Positions 50,547-61,399 of a stretch of DNA of 64,000 nt are shown here, piece after piece. A program made the translations under genes and the position numbers. Position 1 is the first letter of the stretch. Each line of letters starts with the position of its first letter. The stretch is from Nitrosopumilus sp. (GTDB taxonomy: Archaea; Thermoproteota; Nitrososphaeria; Nitrososphaerales; Nitrosopumilaceae): the NCBI GenBank assembly GCA_965205675.1, contig OZ242186.1:288001-352000 (forward strand), read 5' to 3'. Below the pieces are notes generated by a model, which worked only from the letters and a program-made list of their open reading frames with translations, searched no databases and was not told the origin of the DNA.

Positions 50547-52217
50547 ATGAAATGGAAAACACTACAACACAACGGAATCTTATTTCCTCCTGTATATGAG
50601 GCTCAAGGAATTAAAATAAAGATCAAAGGAGATACTGTAAATCTTGATGTAACTCAAGAAGAAATGGTGTATCAATGGGCCAAAAAGAAAGATACACCGT
50701 ATGCCCAAGACAAAGTATTTCAAAAAAACTTTACAGTAGATTTTGTTAAAACTTTGGACTCAAAATTTAAAAAAATATCATATGAAGATATTGATTTTTC
50801 AAATGCCTACAAGATAGTTGACAAAGAAAAAGATCTCAAAGAAATGATGAGTAAGGAAGAGAGGAAATCACTTGCTGCAAAAAGAAAAGGATTGCGAGAA
50901 GAACTAAAAGCAAAGTTTGGAATCGCCATCATGTCAGGAAAGGATGGTAAAACAGTTGAGGTAGAAGTCGGAAACTATATGGCTGAACCGCCTGGAATAT
51001 TTATTGGACGAGGAGAACATCCACTAAGAGGCAAATGGAAACCGCCAGTAACTGCAAAAGATGTTACATTAAACCTTGGAAAAGAAGCCAAAATACCAGA
51101 AGGTGAATGGGGAAAGATAATTCATGATCAAAATTCTATGTGGTTAGCTAGTTGGATGGATTTTCTTACACAAAAAAGAAAATATGTATGGCTTGCAGAT
51201 ACTGCAGGATTAAAACAAGACAGAGACAAAGAAAAATACGAAAAAGCAGTAAAGCTTGCAAAAGAAATTGAGAAGATTAAAGATAGAATTGTCAGAGATA
51301 TGAAAAATGAAAAGAAGAGAAAGATTGCTACTGCATGTTATCTAATTTACAGAACTGCTATGAGAGTAGGAGACGAAAAAGATCCAGATGAGGCAGATAC
51401 AGTAGGTGCGACGACTCTGAGAAAAGAACATATCAAAATTACATCCAATACAATTGAATTTGATTTTCTAGGTAAGGATAGTGTAAGATGGCAAGAAACA
51501 ATAAAAGCTGAAGGCCATGATAAACAATTTCATAAAAATCTAAAGAAACTAGTAGAAAATAAAAAACCAAAAGATGAGATATTTGAAGGGATTACCTCAA
51601 GACACGTTAATGCGTATTATTCTGAAATTGTCAAAGGATTAACAGCCAAGGTATTTAGAACATATCTGGCAACAACTGTAGTCAAAAACTACCTGGTAGA
51701 GCATGACAACATGAAAGGTAAAACCGGAATTGAGAAACTGTATCATGCAAAATTGGCAAATCTTGAAGCTGCCATGATGTGTAATCACAAAAGAACAATC
51801 CCTAAAACATTTGAGCAATCATTGCAAAAGAAAAGAGATACTTTGAAGAAAGTTGAAAAAGAACAAGCTTGGAAAAAAACCCAAGAAACTCTCAAAAAAG
51901 TAGAATCAAATGAACCTAAAACAGATACTCAAAAGAAAACTAAAACTAGAAGAATTAAGACATTAAACGAACAAATCAAAAAGCAAAAATCAAAACACAA
52001 GGAAAGATTAGAAAAATTAGAATTGCAAATTGACTTGTCTGAGAAAACTAAAGACTATAACATTGGTACATCTTTGAGAAATTACATTGATCCACGTGTG
52101 TTTAAAGCATGGACTGATGAGGTGGGTGTAGAATGGGAGAAATTATACACATCGGCATTACAAAAGAAATTCCTATGGGTTAAAAATAAAAAAATTCAAT
52201 GGAACAGTATAAAATAA
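50547..52217 (+). CDS. DNA topoisomerase IB (eukaryote-like)
   Basis: KWKTLQHNG, GRGEHP, RVGDEKD, FLGKDS, AKVFRTY, CNH, GTSLRNYIDPR. Confidence 0.96.
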   Translation: MKWKTLQHNGILFPPVYEAQGIKIKIKGDTVNLDVTQEEMVYQWAKKKDTPYAQDKVFQKNFTVDFVKTLDSKFKKISYEDIDFSNAYKIVDKEKDLKEMMSKEERKSLAAKRKGLREELKAKFGIAIMSGKDGKTVEVEVGNYMAEPPGIFIGRGEHPLRGKWKPPVTAKDVTLNLGKEAKIPEGEWGKIIHDQNSMWLASWMDFLTQKRKYVWLADTAGLKQDRDKEKYEKAVKLAKEIEKIKDRIVRDMKNEKKRKIATACYLIYRTAMRVGDEKDPDEADTVGATTLRKEHIKITSNTIEFDFLGKDSVRWQETIKAEGHDKQFHKNLKKLVENKKPKDEIFEGITSRHVNAYYSEIVKGLTAKVFRTYLATTVVKNYLVEHDNMKGKTGIEKLYHAKLANLEAAMMCNHKRTIPKTFEQSLQKKRDTLKKVEKEQAWKKTQETLKKVESNEPKTDTQKKTKTRRIKTLNEQIKKQKSKHKERLEKLELQIDLSEKTKDYNIGTSLRNYIDPRVFKAWTDEVGVEWEKLYTSALQKKFLWVKNKKIQWNSIK

Positions 52218-52260
52218 AATTAGAATCATTTAATTTCCTAAGTTTTTAATCTCATATCAT

Positions 52261-52375
52261 GCCGGGGTAGCTCAGCCTGGTTAGAGTGCCAGTTCAATTG
52301 GTAAACTCTAACGGTTCTCCAACTAAGGCAATACTCATAATCTGGAGGTCGCGAGTTCGAAACTCGCCCCCGGCA
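52261..52375 (+). tRNA. tRNA-Met(CAT), elongator type, with a 40-nt intron at position 30/31 (52293-52332)
   Basis: Spliced anticodon arm CCAGA-CTCATAA-TCTGG; BHB-like GAG-TGCC-AGT / GGCA-ATA-CTC. Confidence 0.9.
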
Positions 52376-52689
52376 CACACCTATCAAATTGAGATTTAAA
52401 GTGAACATGGATGTTTTGTAATTAATTTTTGTTTCAAAATAATGTGTAGTTATAAAAATTAAAAAAAGTGTACGGATCAAATGGCGGTGTATGGTTTAAA
52501 AATAAGAAATTATGTCATAACTGCATTTTGTATATTTGCATCCATAATAATTGGAGGTAGGTATCCATTTGTACAACTTCAAATATTGCAACTTGATACA
52601 TACAAACTTTGTTTCCCAATTCCACTTTACATGTTTACTCTATAAACAAATCATTATCTAGTCCTGATTCATCTCCTGCCCCATTGCAT

Positions 52690-52900
52690 CATCAAATTGT
52701 ATATCATTACCTTGAATTTTATCTCTCTTGCCACATTACACCAAACTCTGGCTGAAATATTCTCTCCAAGAATTCTTATCCATGTGGAGAATGTAATTTC
52801 TGCAGACCAACGTCTACCATAACCTATATGATATTCATATCACTAGACAATCACATAGAACAATTGTTGCATTATTGGTAAAATCTGTACGAAAAATATG
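52690..52900 (-). pseudogene. IS5-like transposase C-terminal remnant
   Basis: Minus-strand YGRRWSAEITFS..RILGENISAR...REI pattern. Confidence 0.55.
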
Positions 52901-52959
52901 TGCAATTCATCCTCTTGTATTTTTAGAGTTTAGTTTTATGAATGATGTAAAAAAATTAT

Positions 52960-53186
52960 TTAAAAGCACAAGGATGAAAGTTGCAAAAAAGGAATTTAAT
53001 TGGGAATAAAAGCACTTACAAGATATCCAGTATTATGATGTTGTAAGAGTTGTAAATAATTCTAAAAATAGGATTAATTTAGTTGTAATTAGAGTCTGCA
53101 GAAGTGTCACAAAGGAAATTTTTTTTGGATAGTGTTTCAAATCATGTTTTGCATAAATCAAAAAACCAGTATTAATTGTAAAATAA
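52960..53186 (+). pseudogene. Universal stress protein remnant
   Basis: C-terminal SVSNHVLHKSKKPVLIVK preceded by a frameshift. Confidence 0.65.
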
Positions 53187-53250
53187 CATTATCTTTGATT
53201 TAATAATAAAATAGATAAAAATAATATAGAAAAAGTTTAAACTCCCAATA

Positions 53251-53475
53251 TTGATGAGTGAACCGCCTGAATCTACTTCAGAGGATGAAATTTGTCCAAT
53301 ATGTGGTAAACCAAAAAGCAAACATGATTCTAATGAGATTAGAAAATGCTCTGAAAAACTAGTTGAAATGGGAATAAAGCGTTATTGTGGTTTATGTGGA
53401 CTAACCAAACCCGCATCTGGAATGCATGACAGATGTGAAAAATGTGGTGAAAAGTATTCTTTTTCAAATGCATGA
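53251..53475 (+). CDS. Small zinc-finger protein
   Basis: CPICG-x5-H, CGLC, CEKC. Confidence 0.65.
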   Translation: MMSEPPESTSEDEICPICGKPKSKHDSNEIRKCSEKLVEMGIKRYCGLCGLTKPASGMHDRCEKCGEKYSFSNA

Positions 53476-53806
53476 TAAAATATTGAATAATGCTTGTGAT
53501 TTTGTATTACTTTATTCATTCCATATTTTGAACATTTGTAATTTCTCATAAATTCTTCTTCAAATTCATTCATCTGTTAATTCAAAATCAAATTAAAAAG
53601 AATAATGGTCATTTTTCTATAAGAGTATATGATTGACACTTGAAAATGAATCTCTTAACCACACATGATCAAGAGTTATTGATGAACAACCAGATGAAGA
53701 ATCTGATGTGGAATAAGGAATGAATTGATTTTGAGATATGGTTGTCTGAATGGTTTTTAACAACAGATCCCTATAGTGGATAGGCAAATAACTTAGAATT
53801 TTTGCC

Positions 53807-53936
53807 TATACTCAATAACAAAAACTCGTCACCCTATTCTGAACTCGATTTACGTACATTGTAGATTCAAGTTTAAATTTCAGGAATTAGCATAATTTGA
53901 AAAATTTTAGGTCATGAATATTTGTTAGACAGTATA
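53807..53936. mobile_element. 130-bp MITE with IS630-type ends, copy 2
   Basis: Near-identical to 15387-15516; TA at both ends. Confidence 0.85.
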
Positions 53937-54112
53937 GTTGTTAGAATTTATTTTTATTATTTGTCTAGATCATTAAAGTCAAGATTACAATAAAGAATCA
54001 ACAAGTATGTTTTAATTTATTTTTAAATAACATGATACTTTTATCTAACATAATTAAACTAGCATATTGTGAACAAACGCTTTGGGATGATAATTATAAC
54101 ATTAGGGATCAT

Positions 54113-55433
54113 CAGTAGATGGGAAAGTAACTCAAGTTACACATTCTAGAAAATAATTATTTTTGTTATTTCTAAAATAATGAATAATTATCTTTACAAA
54201 GAAATATTTGAGAATTTCAATTGATATTATTGGTTTGTGATTTTGTACATTAGTTTCTTCTGAGATAATCAAATTAGCAATTATCCATGCATTGTACAAA
54301 ATCAATGAATAGTAAAAATACAACAATCTTATGGATTGGTTTGAACTGGTGGTTTTTGGTCTGAACCTTCCCACACATGCATAGCCTGTTTCAATCCCCC
54401 AACGTTTCTTGTAGTCAGTTGGAATGTTTTGTATGTTATATGATTATTTCTTTTGGTGAAATATTTGTTGCAAACACAACATACTGATCAATAATATCTG
54501 ATTTTTTTCTTGCATTTTTGTTTGGCAGAATAACTAGATTAAATGATTCTACATGTCCTGATGATGATTTTATTGTGTATGGCGAGATTGACTTTCTATC
54601 TCCATTAACGTATTGTACAATTGCATCTTTGATTCGAGAATTCTTTTATGCAGGCATTAGAAATTTCAGATTCTTTTGTTTTATTTCTGAAATTGTTCCA
54701 GCTGTGAAAAACTCCCTATCCACTAGCAATAGTTTAATCTTGATTCCATTATTGATGCCATCAGAGAGTAATTTACGCACAAAATCGGCATTTGATTTGT
54801 TGTCATACAAAGGATAACAACCTAGTTGAGCCCTGATTCTTTTTTCAACGCACTGCATGGTGCAGTAACTCTCAAAATGAGTAGTACTGTTTTTTGATTT
54901 TGATTTTATTAAAGAATGGTTTGGCAATTTGTCATATCTTGGGATTAGATGTTTGTCAATTGCTACAGTAACTGGTTGTTCCAATACTCCCAATTCTTGT
55001 AATTTTGATACTGTACTATCTAGTGACTGATGTAATTGAATTTGCATTGTTTTTTGTGATATTTTTGATATGATTTTTCTCAACCATGAAACCAGTTGGA
55101 GAAGCATTATCTGATTCCATTGCCAGTCTCTTTAATCCAGATTCAGAATATGAATTTCCCAAACACAATGACATGATAGAATTATGTGCATCTGCATTAT
55201 GGAACCGTGAGTTATTTTTACTAGAGCACGGAAACAACAAGATATTGTACATTATTTTAGTGATAATCTCAAATGCTTTAGATAGTATCACGCCTTGGTG
55301 TGTCATGGCATCAAATGAAGTACAATGCATATTTGATGGAGTGACATACTTCCATCAAGCTTTTTCTATCTGAATAGATTGATTGAATAATTGATAGTTT
55401 TTGATCTAAATTGAGTTACTTTCCCATCTACTG
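54113..55433 (-). mobile_element. ISH3-family element; transposase pseudogenised
   Basis: TIR CAGTAGATGGGAAAGTAACTCAA; 5-bp TSD ATCAT; fragments VAIDKH, LLLVDREF, YKKRWGIETGY. Confidence 0.9.
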
Positions 55434-55517
55434 ATCATAGTATCTTTTGCAGTAATGGGATCTCCCGCATTAGTTGGCTTTGATACTATGAGATAGTAAT
55501 TATCAAATATGTAAAAT

Positions 55518-55946
55518 CTAAGAATAGTATTCTTTGAATCCTTTATCCGTCGGATGCAATTCTGTTTTAGGACCAAACATTCCTTGTTTATGAACAACTT
55601 TTAGCATTTTATTATTTTCTAAATCTTCCAAGATAAAATCAAGTTCTTTATTATCTAATCCAGTGTTTTTTTGAATACTTTCAAAAGTTTTTGAACCTCT
55701 GTTAAGTGCACCTAAAACAAGATTATTGTTTGTTTGTGGTTTAGAATGATCTATTTTATGTTCAAAAGATGGGGATTGAGGTTCAGGAGCAGGTTTAGTA
55801 AAAGATGGTTCAAATTGTTGTTTTTGAGAAGATTGAGAGAAATTTTTCCCTATCCCTCTTTTTGCCAAAAGCCGTGGAATGATTCTTGCCAGAGGTATTG
55901 CCATGAAAATTATGATGTAAATCCATGAAAAATTAGGATCTGCCAT
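55518..55946 (-). CDS. Membrane-anchored protein with C-terminal winged helix
   Basis: N-terminal TM, Pro/Gln linker, wHTH-like tail (LHPTDKG). Confidence 0.75.
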   Translation of the reverse strand: MADPNFSWIYIIIFMAIPLARIIPRLLAKRGIGKNFSQSSQKQQFEPSFTKPAPEPQSPSFEHKIDHSKPQTNNNLVLGALNRGSKTFESIQKNTGLDNKELDFILEDLENNKMLKVVHKQGMFGPKTELHPTDKGFKEYYS

Positions 55947-55991
55947 TAATTTTCATATACATCAATATCATAAATTTGTTAAGGGACACAA

Positions 55992-56133
55992 TAGACCACT
56001 TGCGTAATTATAGAAATTTTTTCTCAAATTTTGTATTTTAACAGAATTCATACCTGAAAATTCAAATTTCTCAACCAATTTGAAAAATCCTGCAACAAAA
56101 TTCATGCCTAGAAATAATTACGCAAGACGTCTA
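55992..56133. mobile_element. MITE with ISL2-like ends, copy 2
   Basis: Near-identical to 35382-35521. Confidence 0.88.
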
Positions 56134-56183
56134 ATATCTGATGGTATTTTGGTGTAGTATATTGATATAATAATAGGGAATAA

Positions 56184-57059
56184 GTGTTAAAAATAGTGTC
56201 AAAATATCAATCCCCTAAAGTTAATGTAAACATGAGTGCAGCTAAAGGAATTCTAGTAGCAATAGCCATTCTTATAATTATTGGAGTAGTGGTATCGGCT
56301 TCAGTTAAAATAGTCGATGCAGGTAATAGGGGGGTACTATTGCATTGGAATGCAGTTGATCTTACCGCGCCTCCACTGGACGAAGGAATACATTTTCTAA
56401 TTCCTTTCCAAGATGATATTGTACAGATGGAAGTTCGTACTTTAAAGTATGATAAAGATACTAGAAGTGCATCAAAAGATCTTCAATCAGTAGAAACAAC
56501 AGTTACAGTAAACTATCATCCAGATCAAGAACAAGTCCATGTATTATTCAAAGAAATCGGATTAGATTATGAAAACAGGGTTATTCAACCTGCCATTGAA
56601 GAAACAGTAAAACAAGTAACTGCAAATTATAATGCTGAAGAACTTATTACAAAAAGACCCCAAGTCAAGTCAGACATTGAAAATGCAATCAGAGATAGAT
56701 TAAATCAATTTGACGTAATAACAGAGGTAATCTCAATCACAGATTTTGAATTCTCAGTATTATTCAACAAGGCAATTGAATCCAAAGTAGAAGCAGAACA
56801 GAATGCACTAAGGGCAGAAAACGACCTGAGAAGAATACAAGTTGAAGCTCAACAACATGAAGCCACAGCAGAAGGTATAGCAAATGCAAACATTGCAGAA
56901 GCTAAAGGTGAAGCCGAAGCAATTGCAATTATTAATAATGCATTGGCAAACAATCCAAATTATTTAGAATGGCTAAAAACACAAACATGGGATGGCAAAC
57001 TACCTCTAGTTGTGGGAGAGGGTGGAACACCATTCATTCAGATACCAGTAACCCCATAA
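56184..57059 (+). CDS. SPFH/prohibitin family protein
   Basis: TM anchor, SKDLQ, AEELITKR, AE-rich coiled coil, WDGKLP. Confidence 0.93.
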   Translation: MLKIVSKYQSPKVNVNMSAAKGILVAIAILIIIGVVVSASVKIVDAGNRGVLLHWNAVDLTAPPLDEGIHFLIPFQDDIVQMEVRTLKYDKDTRSASKDLQSVETTVTVNYHPDQEQVHVLFKEIGLDYENRVIQPAIEETVKQVTANYNAEELITKRPQVKSDIENAIRDRLNQFDVITEVISITDFEFSVLFNKAIESKVEAEQNALRAENDLRRIQVEAQQHEATAEGIANANIAEAKGEAEAIAIINNALANNPNYLEWLKTQTWDGKLPLVVGEGGTPFIQIPVTP

Positions 57060-57077
57060 ACAGCTTAGAAAAAATTA

Positions 57078-57374
57078 TTATTTATCACGAGTATTTTCTC
57101 TAACTGCATCATACATTGCAAGGAATTGATCAGGCTCATTTTGACGATAATTTTTCTCAAGATTTTGAATTTCTTGGTGTGAGATTTTTTCCCCTTTATT
57201 TTCATAATATTCTTTGATAATTTGAGAAGGAGTTTTTTTAATATTATATCTCCGAAGGGATTGATTAACAGATCTTTTACAATACAAATCATAAACTAGG
57301 AATCTATAAGCCAAATATCCAAATAATCCAATGACAGTGACAATTAGAATAGGAATTATGATGATTGATGCCAT
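57078..57374 (-). CDS. Small membrane hypothetical protein
   Basis: N-terminal TM helix, 98 aa. Confidence 0.7.
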   Translation of the reverse strand: MASIIIIPILIVTVIGLFGYLAYRFLVYDLYCKRSVNQSLRRYNIKKTPSQIIKEYYENKGEKISHQEIQNLEKNYRQNEPDQFLAMYDAVRENTRDK

Positions 57375-57730
57375 GATTAATAATATAATATTTTGATATT
57401 TGTTTGTTCTTCTTTAGGATTGTAAAAGCAATAATGTTGTAAAACATAAAAATGTGATCTAATTGAAGATGCATATACAAAAATAACATGATAAATTATT
57501 AAATAATATTACAAGTATTAATAACAAGTTTGGAGAATCTTGAGGATTTAAAATGATAAATCCAAACGGACTTTTTATCAAGAGGAATTCTTTGAATGAA
57601 TGTAATTCTAATTTAAAACCACATTTACACATTTTAAAAATTCAAGATTAGATTCTAATATTTTTAGATAAAAAACCGATAATTTTTGAATCAACAATTT
57701 CTTTGATAATAGATATCAAGATAATCTTAA

Positions 57731-58954
57731 ATGGAGTATTTTGAGATTTTATGCAAATTGGGAGAATTTCAAGAATTTGCAGAAGCTCTATTTGGGCAAC
57801 TATCAGTAGAAATTAACGAAGAAAAAGAGATTATAGAATTAGCAGTCAAAGCTAAAGATAATATTACAAATAAAATACAATTTCAAGAACTAGATGATAT
57901 TGCCAATGAAATATTACCAGATTTTAAAAACAAAATAGAAGAATTTACAGGAATTAAAGTCCCAGAGAATATTTCATTAAAATTTCCAGAATTAGAGGAG
58001 TTAAAGAGAATTAAAGGAAACAAAGTATTTGCAGATAATGAATCAAAAGAATTTGTCACAGAATTATTTAATGCAGTTGCAAAAGAAAATTTAAAAAAAA
58101 TTGCAGAGCTTATGCAGCAAGATACTGCAAAATACTTGGTATATTCTACATATGCAATTCAGTATATTTCAAAAATTACAACAACGTACGGGGATTATCT
58201 TGATTCAGAAATTTATTTAAATAAATTCATTTTGTCAAGATATCCGCAAATAATTTTACATAAACAAGGCCAACCATATGAATTAAAATTTGAAAATGTA
58301 AATTCAGGATATCTAGGGGCAATAAAGATGACTGTTCTTGAAGAATTAGTTCATTCATCACAAGAAAACTTACAACAAATAAACAAAAATGCAGCAATGA
58401 AAGTAAATAAAATAAATGAAGAATTGGCAAAAATTATTTTATCCCTAGATACTGAAACTGTAAACAAATTATCAGAATATTGCCAATTACAAACAGTGCC
58501 TGATGATTTCCCATTTGCAAAAAAGGCCAATTTATTTTTCTTTTTGAATCCAGATCATTTCTTAATTGAACAGATTGGACCGGATGTAATGACATTTACA
58601 CATGTAGAGATAGATCCAAAAATTGGAGAATTAATTCCAGAATTATTGGATATTTATAAAAAATGGTTAATTCCAATACAACAACATCATGCTGCATTTA
58701 CAGCAATGGAAGGAATGGCAGCATTTGTAATTGAAAATATTTTAAAAGATGATCAAGATTTTCAGAATTATCTTTTAACGTTTATGGGCACAGATTTTTC
58801 GTCATATCAAGTTAGAAAGAGTATGGGCAAGGATTTTACAAAGATAGTGTATGAAAAATTGGGCAAGAATACATTTAAGAAAATGATAGAAATTCCACCA
58901 AATACACGAGAATTAAAAGATCCCCAACTATACCTTAAAAAACTGAGTATGTAA
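57731..58954 (+). CDS. Hypothetical protein with zincin-like motifs
   Basis: EELVH (HExxH variant) and downstream MEGMA. Confidence 0.75.
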   Translation: MEYFEILCKLGEFQEFAEALFGQLSVEINEEKEIIELAVKAKDNITNKIQFQELDDIANEILPDFKNKIEEFTGIKVPENISLKFPELEELKRIKGNKVFADNESKEFVTELFNAVAKENLKKIAELMQQDTAKYLVYSTYAIQYISKITTTYGDYLDSEIYLNKFILSRYPQIILHKQGQPYELKFENVNSGYLGAIKMTVLEELVHSSQENLQQINKNAAMKVNKINEELAKIILSLDTETVNKLSEYCQLQTVPDDFPFAKKANLFFFLNPDHFLIEQIGPDVMTFTHVEIDPKIGELIPELLDIYKKWLIPIQQHHAAFTAMEGMAAFVIENILKDDQDFQNYLLTFMGTDFSSYQVRKSMGKDFTKIVYEKLGKNTFKKMIEIPPNTRELKDPQLYLKKLSM

Positions 58955-58957
58955 TAA

Positions 58958-59782
58958 TTGGAAGAAAAATTTGATCCACTAGTTGCAGAATGGCTTGTAT
59001 TTGTAAATAATCCAAATTTTAATCTAGTTGAAAAGTGTTTAAAGTTTACACAAATTTTAGAATATCCAGATCTTGATGTGGAAAAATATATTCAAAAAAT
59101 AAATAATATTGGAAAATCTCTAAAAGAATCAATTAGTGATGTCAAAAATCCCACATATTTGATTTCAATGTTAAATGAACATCTCTTTGAAAATTTAGGA
59201 TTTAGTGGAGATGATGATGATTACTATAATCCAAAAAATAATTTTTTAAATGAAGTAATTGATAAAAAAACAGGACTGCCAATTACCATCTCAATTCTAT
59301 ATGTTGAAATTGCAAAGTTTATTGGATTAGATCTAAAAATAGTAGGATTCCCTAGTCATATATTGGTAAAATACAATGAAGAAATGATACTTGATCCATT
59401 TTATGATGGACGCTTATTAGATGTAGAGGATTTACAAGATATTCTTGATGCTAACTATGGGGGACAATTAGAATTTCAACCAGAATTCCTGGATGAAGTA
59501 AAACCCGAACAAATTCTTGTTAGATTGACAAGGAATTTAAAAAATTCATATGTTCAATCGTTTGTTTACGAAAAAGCATTACGATGTGTAAACATGGTTT
59601 TATCTATTGAGCCAGAATCCCCAGAAGACATAAGAGATAAAGGGATTTTGGAAGAAAGATTACAAAATTTTAAAATTGCTTTAAAATATTTGAATAAATA
59701 TTTGGAGATTAATCCAAATGCTGAAGATGTAGATTTTATCTTAGAATTGATTAGAAGTATAAAGACAAAAATTAATCAATAA
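58958..59782 (+). CDS. SirB1-like protein (transglutaminase-like + TPR)
   Basis: GFSGDDDDYY, GLPITISILY, GFPSH, DPF, C-terminal TPR. Confidence 0.9.
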   Translation: MEEKFDPLVAEWLVFVNNPNFNLVEKCLKFTQILEYPDLDVEKYIQKINNIGKSLKESISDVKNPTYLISMLNEHLFENLGFSGDDDDYYNPKNNFLNEVIDKKTGLPITISILYVEIAKFIGLDLKIVGFPSHILVKYNEEMILDPFYDGRLLDVEDLQDILDANYGGQLEFQPEFLDEVKPEQILVRLTRNLKNSYVQSFVYEKALRCVNMVLSIEPESPEDIRDKGILEERLQNFKIALKYLNKYLEINPNAEDVDFILELIRSIKTKINQ

Positions 59783-59942
59783 TGGAATCTACATCCGTTC
59801 CTTTTTTAATCATTGAGATTTCATGACGAGCAATTTTATTTCTTAGTGCTTGTTTGAGAATATCCACTTCGCTTCTTAGCAATGCAATTTCGTCTTCAAG
59901 TTTTGCAACTCTCTCATAGATTGTTTCAGCTTCTGAGCTCAT
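59772..59942 (-). CDS. 56-aa coiled-coil small protein; not in ORF track
   Basis: MSSEAETIYERVAKLEDEIALLRSEVDILKQALRNKIARHEISMIKKGTDVDSIID; TTTTTAAA box upstream. Confidence 0.65.
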   Translation of the reverse strand: MSSEAETIYERVAKLEDEIALLRSEVDILKQALRNKIARHEISMIKKGTDVDSIID

Positions 59943-60096
59943 GATTATGTATCTGTAAAAAATTGTTTTAAAAAGTTATGGGTAAAGATTTTGATGCATA
60001 GTCTCGATTTTTCACCTATAATTTAAGGCCAAATTATGTCTTAATATCTGGTTTGAAATCCAAATTCGTGGTACACTAGCTTCATATTTTATATAT

Positions 60097-60504
60097 TAGA
60101 CCTCTTGCGTAATTGCAGACAAAACCTCTCCTTTCATTGAATTTAATTTCAAATAATTTCCGACCTGTCAATTCACATGTCAGGTACATCTGATAGTAAA
60201 CAAACAACATTACAAGCTGGTCTTCAAGACTCAAATCAAACTTTCTCCCAGGCCCTGATGTCTCTTTTTCTCTTTGTTCTGGATAGTCTTTTCTTTTCCT
60301 CTGTTTGGTGATTCTTTCTGACATCCTTTAGAATCACATCAAAGTACTGCCTGGTTACTCCAGTAAAAGAGAGAAATGATCTTGGCTTTTTTGAGAGTTG
60401 CTTGTATGTTAACATGAAATGGAGTTATTGTTCTTATCTTTGGATCTTGTTGTGAATGAATTTGTGTAATATGGTAAAATCTGTCTAATTATGCAAGAGG
60501 TCTA
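60097..60504 (-). mobile_element. Internally deleted ISL2-like element
   Basis: Both TIRs and the 5' transposase sequence of 11474-12550 kept; about 670 bp deleted. Confidence 0.88.
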
Positions 60505-60526
60505 ATAAAAAAAGAAAAAGATTACT

Positions 60527-61078
60527 CTACTCCCGTAGTTTTATAGAAAATTTTTTTTTTATGTCATCATCTGTTGGGTGATCATCAACTAGATCTATTG
60601 AATTGCTAATTACTTCGGGATAATTACAAGGCATTCGATTGTTTGTTTCTCCATCAAAATGCCAGAGTAAAATATAGGCTTCATCATCAATTATATCAAC
60701 ACCTAAAAATTTGTAAAATCCTAGATATGAAAAATCCTCATCTTCAACACAACGAAATACTAGAGTCTGATTTTTTTGTAAATTTTGTTGGTAATTAAAA
60801 TCAGGAATTGCAGGATAGGGTCCATTGGGGCCACCGATAAAATATATAGTTAATGAATTATCTTCTTCTATGTATTCAAATTTGTCTATAGGTATAGGTT
60901 CTTTATTTTCATCTCCAATTTTAATAGAATCAATATGAGCAGTTGGTTCATCATCCAAAAAATTTACATTTTTTATTGGAACCACATAAGTAGAATAATT
61001 GTAAACAGATTCATAGCTTAATGCTAATGATATCCCAGCTGCTAAAATTATAGCTAATACTAAAAGCCAATTATTCAT
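60527..61078 (-). CDS. Membrane-anchored/exported acidic hypothetical protein
   Basis: Likely start MNNWLL followed by a hydrophobic segment. Confidence 0.7.
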   Translation of the reverse strand: MNNWLLVLAIILAAGISLALSYESVYNYSTYVVPIKNVNFLDDEPTAHIDSIKIGDENKEPIPIDKFEYIEEDNSLTIYFIGGPNGPYPAIPDFNYQQNLQKNQTLVFRCVEDEDFSYLGFYKFLGVDIIDDEAYILLWHFDGETNNRMPCNYPEVISNSIDLVDDHPTDDDIKKKFSIKLRE

Positions 61079-61091
61079 AATAAAAAAAGGG

Positions 61092-61313
61092 TTAGTTGAC
61101 CCAATAATAACTGCCTGTGGATTCTGCCTTGATTCCAAGAATCCAGTCAGCACTAGCAGTCATGTGTTTTGTTGTGTATGCACATGAATTGTAATCTGTG
61201 TCACTTACAGCATTTGATGTACTCAAACTCAGGCCTAAGTATGGTGTAGTTTTCACATAATTAATTACAGTTTCAGATCTACTATGGTAATGTACAAAAC
61301 CATCAACCGACAA
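61092..61313 (-). pseudogene. Possible 3' remnant of a secreted-protein gene
   Basis: Coding-like 73-aa frame with no convincing start, abutting the radA promoter. Confidence 0.35.
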
Positions 61314-61381
61314 TCAATACAGAGAAGATCCACCTAAGACCCAACAGAACCCTCAAACAATAGCCTTATAAAGTACTAGTA

Positions 61382-61399
61382 CCGTACTATACGGTATGG
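61382..61399. promoter_or_regulatory. Operator candidate CCGTACTATACGGTATGG overlapping the radA start
   Basis: 16/18 identical to 17834-17851; just downstream of TATA box TTATAAAG (61366-61373). Confidence 0.7.

Noticed and set aside
52238-52480. 80-aa ORF on the minus strand
   Set aside because: Antisense shadow of tRNA-Met.
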